Assembly: GCF_009914755.1 (NCBI RefSeq)
Contig: NC_060948.1
Strand: one strand, 5' to 3'
DNA from: the human T2T-CHM13v2.0 reference genome, Homo sapiens
Length of the DNA: 64,000 bases
Part shown: one piece after another, positions 61,353-64,000 of the stretch
Layout of the letters: each line of letters starts with the position of its first letter
How positions within the stretch are numbered: position 1 is the stretch's first letter
Program-made: the position numbers and the translations under genes
The notes under the pieces: generated by a model
Told to the model about the DNA's origin: nothing
Database searches by the model: none
What the model saw: the letters and a program-made list of their open reading frames with translations, nothing else

Positions 61353-63455
61353 AGATCCATATTTTTTAAATGAAAAAAAATTTCAAAGGTACTCTGCTTG
61401 GTACAATAATCAAATGTATAAACTGAGGAATAAAACATAACCATGAAACCTACTTATAACTGCATATGGAAAATACAGAGGATAATTTTTTAAATAACAT
61501 ATTTTGAAAGCCTTAACTAGTAATTTGAAGAGTTGGCATTTGAAAGGCCAGTATGAATATACCTTCAAAGCAGCAACACAGGTTCCCCATGAGAAAAAGC
61601 AAACACAGGGAAAATAAAAACACAAAGGTTCAATCTCTTCTGACCTTTGAAAGACACAGCACAGACAGTGGTCCTTAGGACGAAGAGCAGGAGACCCCTA
61701 ATTCCGTCACCATGGCGATAGGGCATAAACATTGCTGGGTGAGGGCACAATCCACATTGTGAGGTCCAACTGCTGCCAGGAAGACAGGAGTGCTTTTACA
61801 TAGACCGAAAGGTCATTGAAGGCTCAGAGTTTTGTTTCAAGAACTGAATCCCAAGCCCACACGTTATTAGGCTGCGCTTCCTAAATCAAGTTATGAGATG
61901 GGAAAAAGGGCACCCACAAACATACGTATACATTATGTATATAATAATATACAGTATCATATTTATAATATATATAACCTATGTATAATATTGTTTTACA
62001 TCCTGCATCTTATGTTATATATATTGTATAAAATATAATAATTGATAATATATGTTTTATATTTATACAATATAACATATAGTATATATTATAATTTATG
62101 ACATATATAATATATGTTATATATCATATATAGAATATATTATACGGTTAATATACGTATTAAATATAAATTATACATTATATATATTATATATAATATA
62201 TCTGTTATATATAATACCCATTATGCATAATATATATATTATGTCTATGTTATATATAGTATAGAACAACACATAATAATGTATAATTGTATATATAAAA
62301 TGCGACATATAATATATATTATATTGTATGACATATATAATATATATTATATATTATATATAATACGTTGTATGTATAATACCTATATTAAATATATATT
62401 ATATGACTATGTTATTAATTACATGTCACATGTGTTATATATTATATATTTTACATAGAATATTCCAGTTACATACAATATATACTATGTTACCTACAAT
62501 ATATAATTGATTACATGTAAAATAAAGAATGCAATATATTATGTATAATTTATAATATACAATATGTGGAATGTGATATATATAACATATAATATATGAT
62601 ATATGATATACAGTATATGATATATAACATACAATATATGATACCTAATATATATGGTATACAATATATATTTTATGATATGTATTCTCTATGTTTTATA
62701 TTCTGTTATATATAACTATTTGAAATTATATATAACTGTATAATATTTTATGTAAATATGTAATATAATATATATAACTATATAATATATTATATATAAC
62801 TATATATTATGTTATATATACTTTTATAACTTAATTTACATAAAATATCATAATATAATATATATTATATTGTTTCATATTACATAATATATATTACATA
62901 TCACCCAATATAAGTAACATACATAATATTATAATATAGATTATATTATGTTATATTAAATATCATATATATCATATATCATATATTCTATAATATATAT
63001 TACACATTATATAGTATGCATGTTGTCTATTATGTGATATATATAACTATATATATAATTATATTATTATACATATAACTAGATAAACATGTAATTCTAC
63101 AGATTTTCATTTATAATATATAGAATTATATAATCATATATAATTATTTATATTCTATAAAAAATTATATCATTATATAAATTATTATATATAAAAATTA
63201 TAATATGTACTACAAATATATATATTATATATCATATATGATATAGTACCTTTGTTATATATCATAATACATATAAATGTGTATTATGTTATCTATAATT
63301 ATATAATTTCATATATAAGATGTATAATATGTATCATATATTATATATGTTATGTAATATATATAGTATATATAAGCTGACACAGGATAAATATTATATA
63401 CTATGACATATAAAATATATGAGGTTATATGTTACATATAAGGCATAGCACATAA

Positions 63456-63770
<315 letters not shown>

Positions 63771-64000
63771 AGATCCATATTTTTTAAATGAAAAAAAATT
63801 TCAAAGGTACTCTGCTTGGTACAATAATCAAATGTATAAACTGAGGAATAAAACATAACCATGAAACCTACTTATAACTGCATATGGAAAATACAGAGGA
63901 TAATTTTTTAAATAACATATTTTGAAAGCCTTAACTAGTAATTTGAAGGGTTGGCATTTGAAAGGCCAGTATGAATATACCTTCAATGCAGCAACACAGG
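63771..64000. repeat. HSATI-type segment, cut by the window end
   Basis: Matches 927-1156. Confidence 0.72.

Overview
The whole window is one head-to-tail tandem array of a ~2.42-kb composite unit. It holds 26 complete periods plus partial ends (27 Alu copies), and the periods run 2409-2422 bp, measured from the recurring 'tcaaatgtat' anchor at 984, 3395, 5808 ... 61410, 63828. Each unit has three parts: a minus-strand, slightly 5'-truncated, diverged Alu (~292 bp) with an internal 16-bp-period duplication; a ~570-bp non-repetitive HSATI-type segment; and a ~1.55-kb extremely AT-rich degenerate simple repeat. This matches the known human DYZ2/HSat1B satellite, most likely from Yq12 heterochromatin, although acrocentric HSat1B cannot be excluded from sequence alone. 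I found no credible genes, RNA genes or CRISPR arrays, and no new coding system; the listed ORFs are repeat artefacts. The real information is in shared diagnostic variants, which show nested expansions: an A-B-A dimer, a triplicated unit, a four-copy run, a ~4.83-kb dimer, a ~12.09-kb five-unit duplication, a chimeric junction unit, and older, more ancestral-looking units toward the right end. Units are numbered U1-U27 by Alu copy, and all variants were compared by eye.
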